Shown here: positions 61,301 to 64,000 of the stretch, piece by piece | How the letters are laid out: each line of letters begins with the position of its first letter | Numbering within the stretch: position 1 is the first letter of the stretch | Origin: Mayamaea pseudoterrestris | Taxonomy: Eukaryota | NCBI GenBank assembly: GCA_027923505.1 | Contig: BROI01000011.1 | Coordinates: 62,001-126,000 of the forward strand | Length of the DNA: 64,000 bases | Reading direction: 5' to 3' | Position numbers and translations under genes: made by a program | Notes under the pieces: model-generated | The model's database searches: none | The model's input: the letters and a program-made list of their open reading frames with translations, nothing else | Told to the model about the DNA's origin: nothing

Positions 61301-62330
61301 GGCATTTCTGAGCCGAGAAAGTAATGCGGCGTTTGTTCACTTGTCCATGAGCACATTGCAGCGAGCGTACAATGCCACCAAGCGTCGAGTCATTTTCACG
61401 GACTTTAATGGAACCATTGTTATGAAAGAACCGCCAGGCAAGTACTTGAAGCGAGAAATTCTTGGTTCGAGTGGAAACAAGCCGCCGCCAGCGGTCATTG
61501 AAGCTCTTCAGCAACTTGTGGAGGATCCTCGAAACACTGTCTACGTAGTGTCTGGCGACTCATCGGAAAATGTGCTTAGTGCGCTAGGCCACATCCCCAA
61601 GCTCGGTTTGGCTGTCAGCAATGGAGGTAGATACTCGCCGCCCATTTCTCCAGAACAGCCTCAGCGCCGCTGGCTAACGTTTGACTTGGGTGTGGACTGG
61701 GATGCTGTCAAGCGCGTTGCGCTACCAATCTTATCCAAGTACACGGCTCGCTCCAATGGATCATTCGTCAAGCTCACGTCATTTTCGATTGGCTGGTCGT
61801 ACTACTCGTGCGACCCGGAGTGGGGGTCGTTGCAGTCGGCTCATTTGGTACTCGAGCTTGAGAATGAGCTTCGAGCCTTTGACGTTCGGTTTGTGACGCT
61901 CAAGGGCATTGTGGAAATTGTCCCTCGAAAGCTGAACAAGGGTTTGATTGTCAAGCGAGTTTTGCGCGAAGTAGCCGCGCAGCATCCGGAAGGAGTTGAC
62001 TTTATTTTGTGCATGGGAGATGACATTTCGGACGAGAAGATGTTCACGTCAGTCTTTTCGTACATTGCCGAGCTGGGCGACAGTTTCCGAACTGCTGGAC
62101 CTCCGGTTGTGCGAGACGATGGCACATTTGAACCTCCCGTTCCTGACAATTCCGTCGTTCCAGATCCCTTGTTTGCGTACACGGTTGCCGTTGGCAAGAA
62201 GTCGAGCCATGCATCGACCTATGTCAATAGTGCCACGAACGTTGCGAATGCTCTCGTGTTGCTGGCAAGTGGACAAGCGCCAGATGAGGGAATTTGGGAT
62301 CATCATACCACGGAACACTTGTTTGGTTGA
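58390..62330 (+). CDS. TPS: Trehalose-6-phosphate synthase/phosphatase family protein (GT20 + HAD) with CBM20-like N-terminus; intron 59377-59498
   Basis: HYYGFCKQVLWPAFH, WIHDYHL, FFLHIPFP, SEFSAVS..LNGALRVNP, and HAD-type LCMGDDISDEKMF; the exons join in frame. Confidence 0.92.
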
Positions 62331-62859
62331 CGAGTGGCGTATCGCTTGCGTCATTGATCTCCTACATTACCTAAGCCTTGATACCTAGTCTATGCATGAT
62401 TAACCATTGTAGCTGTATACTCGTTTCACTGTCAATTCACGTAACATCATTGTAGACTGTATCCGACTTGAGTTTGAATCTATCCAGCGTGCTTATAGTA
62501 TATATAGAAGGCTTACAGTTGACCGATGGTTTCGAATACGTAAACGTAGTACAGTTGCGTCACACTTTCAGTACCGCTACGACCACATGACAGTCAAAGG
62601 CATTGACACGCACCATGAGTAGACTGCGAAATGCCGACGAGGAAAGGCGGCGTTTGTCCCTTCCTCTTTAGTCTGAACATCCCTTTCGTTTTGAAAACCG
62701 ACTATCAGAAAACGATTTTCGCTGCTAGAGGAAAAGGGAGTTTGTGTATTTTTTCTTTGAGAGTTTTCGAGATTGAAAAGCATCGAGCAATCAGGCAAAC
62801 GACGTTTCTGCATTTCGGCGTATCATTTCCTTTCCATAACTAAAACTTGGCAATCAATC

Positions 62860-64000
62860 ATGAAGCTTACAACGACGAGACTCTCATTCGGTCTGTTAGT
62901 GACGGCGATTGCGTCATTTCTCTGCAGTTTGTATTTCAGCAGTCGACTGTCGCTTGGTGCAGTCCATGGAGGTGGAGCAGGAGTCATCGATGGGACGAGT
63001 CATGACGCGGCCATCGTTTTGAATCGCTTCGAGCACCACGCGGCAGCAGTCTACTCCAAGAAACTGAAAGAGCTATTGAATGAGAATCGAAAGTTACGTC
63101 TGGAACTACAAGGAAGCAAGCAGTCACATGCAGCAGTGATTAGCAACAAGACATTGGCAACGAGTATGACTGCTGGTGCTACTGTCAACGACGTTTGCGA
63201 CGCAGCCTTTGCCCAAACAACCAAAGATCAAACCCCCGGACTGTCTCCAGACTCCATTCGTCGCTCCCGAGCCAATTGGGGTCACTCATATCGACTGGAT
63301 CAGCTTGCTCAAACACTCACGCGTCGTCAGCGCCCGCTGCAAGTGGTTGCCTTTGGAGGCTCCATTACCGTGGCCCACGGCGTTGTGCGAAACTTGACCT
63401 ACGCTGGCTCTGATAGTTATACGGGTCATTTGGAACATTGGCTGAACGAACATTATCCTATTTTAAATGTCGGAAATAGCAAGGGCCAAAAGCAGCGGCA
63501 AACGAACGCATTGAAACGACACCGCGTCTACAACATGGCGCAGCATGGATCTGACTCTTGTGCACTGGCAAAGCGCATGACAAGCATGATCGAATTCTTG
63601 CGACGATCCCACGAAGCGTTTGAAGAACCAGACATGATACTGTTGGAGTATTCCGTCAATGATTATCAGGGGCAGGATCATGTGGATCACGCTGTTTCAA
63701 AGCTCGATGTATTCTTTCAAGGCTTTCAAGATATTGCCTTGTGTGCCGAGGCTGTCGTCTACAAACTCCTAACAGAATATCCAAACGCTGCAGTCGTTTT
63801 TGTTGAATTCCGGACCGCCATTCTGGAGCGCAAGACTGCACAAATGTTACACATGGGTGTCGCGCAGCACTATCAAATACCTGTCATTTCATATGGAGAC
63901 GCCGTCTTTCCCGAGTTCTTTGAACTAGTAAACGACAAGTTGAACATTAGTGACCGATATACAGTGCCCATCGGAGAGACACTGCTTCCATTTCCCTACG
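62860..64000 (+). CDS. SGNH-hydrolase-like protein, paralog B (3' partial; absent from the ORF track because it runs off the window)
   Basis: ATG at 62860 (MKLTTTRLSFGLLVTAIASF); QTPGL, RRSRANWGH, VVAFGGSIT, NMAQHG, EYSVNDYQGQDHV and KTAQMLHMGVAQHYQ closely match paralog A. Confidence 0.88.
   Translation, partial: MKLTTTRLSFGLLVTAIASFLCSLYFSSRLSLGAVHGGGAGVIDGTSHDAAIVLNRFEHHAAAVYSKKLKELLNENRKLRLELQGSKQSHAAVISNKTLATSMTAGATVNDVCDAAFAQTTKDQTPGLSPDSIRRSRANWGHSYRLDQLAQTLTRRQRPLQVVAFGGSITVAHGVVRNLTYAGSDSYTGHLEHWLNEHYPILNVGNSKGQKQRQTNALKRHRVYNMAQHGSDSCALAKRMTSMIEFLRRSHEAFEEPDMILLEYSVNDYQGQDHVDHAVSKLDVFFQGFQDIALCAEAVVYKLLTEYPNAAVVFVEFRTAILERKTAQMLHMGVAQHYQIPVISYGDAVFPEFFELVNDKLNISDRYTVPIGETLLPFPY

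Overview
Gene-dense eukaryotic nuclear DNA with short GT-AG introns, almost certainly from a diatom. The evidence is ASAFAP-type bipartite plastid presequences, an Lhcx light-harvesting gene, a diatom-type NRT2 and cyclase-PDE fusion genes; the species cannot be determined. About 25 protein-coding genes are supported, several only after splicing ORF fragments by hand. Highlights: (1) a membrane-bound A-T-TM-hexapeptide NRPS-like enzyme (Pls/polymalate-synthetase architecture) whose adenylation domain looks like a carboxylic-acid ligase; (2) three tandem sensor-TM-cyclase-PDE genes with mosaic sensor domains and different intron sets; (3) a STRA6-like multi-pass membrane protein with degenerate EF-hand-like segments; (4) a ~1 kb non-autonomous Tc1/mariner-type element with perfect 45-bp TIRs in a divergent promoter; (5) two paralog pairs (beta-propeller glycan-enzyme-like and SGNH-like) and a TPS/TPP with degenerate catalytic motifs near the NRPS-like gene. 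No rRNA, tRNA or CRISPR was recognised. All family calls come from motifs read by eye, not database searches.
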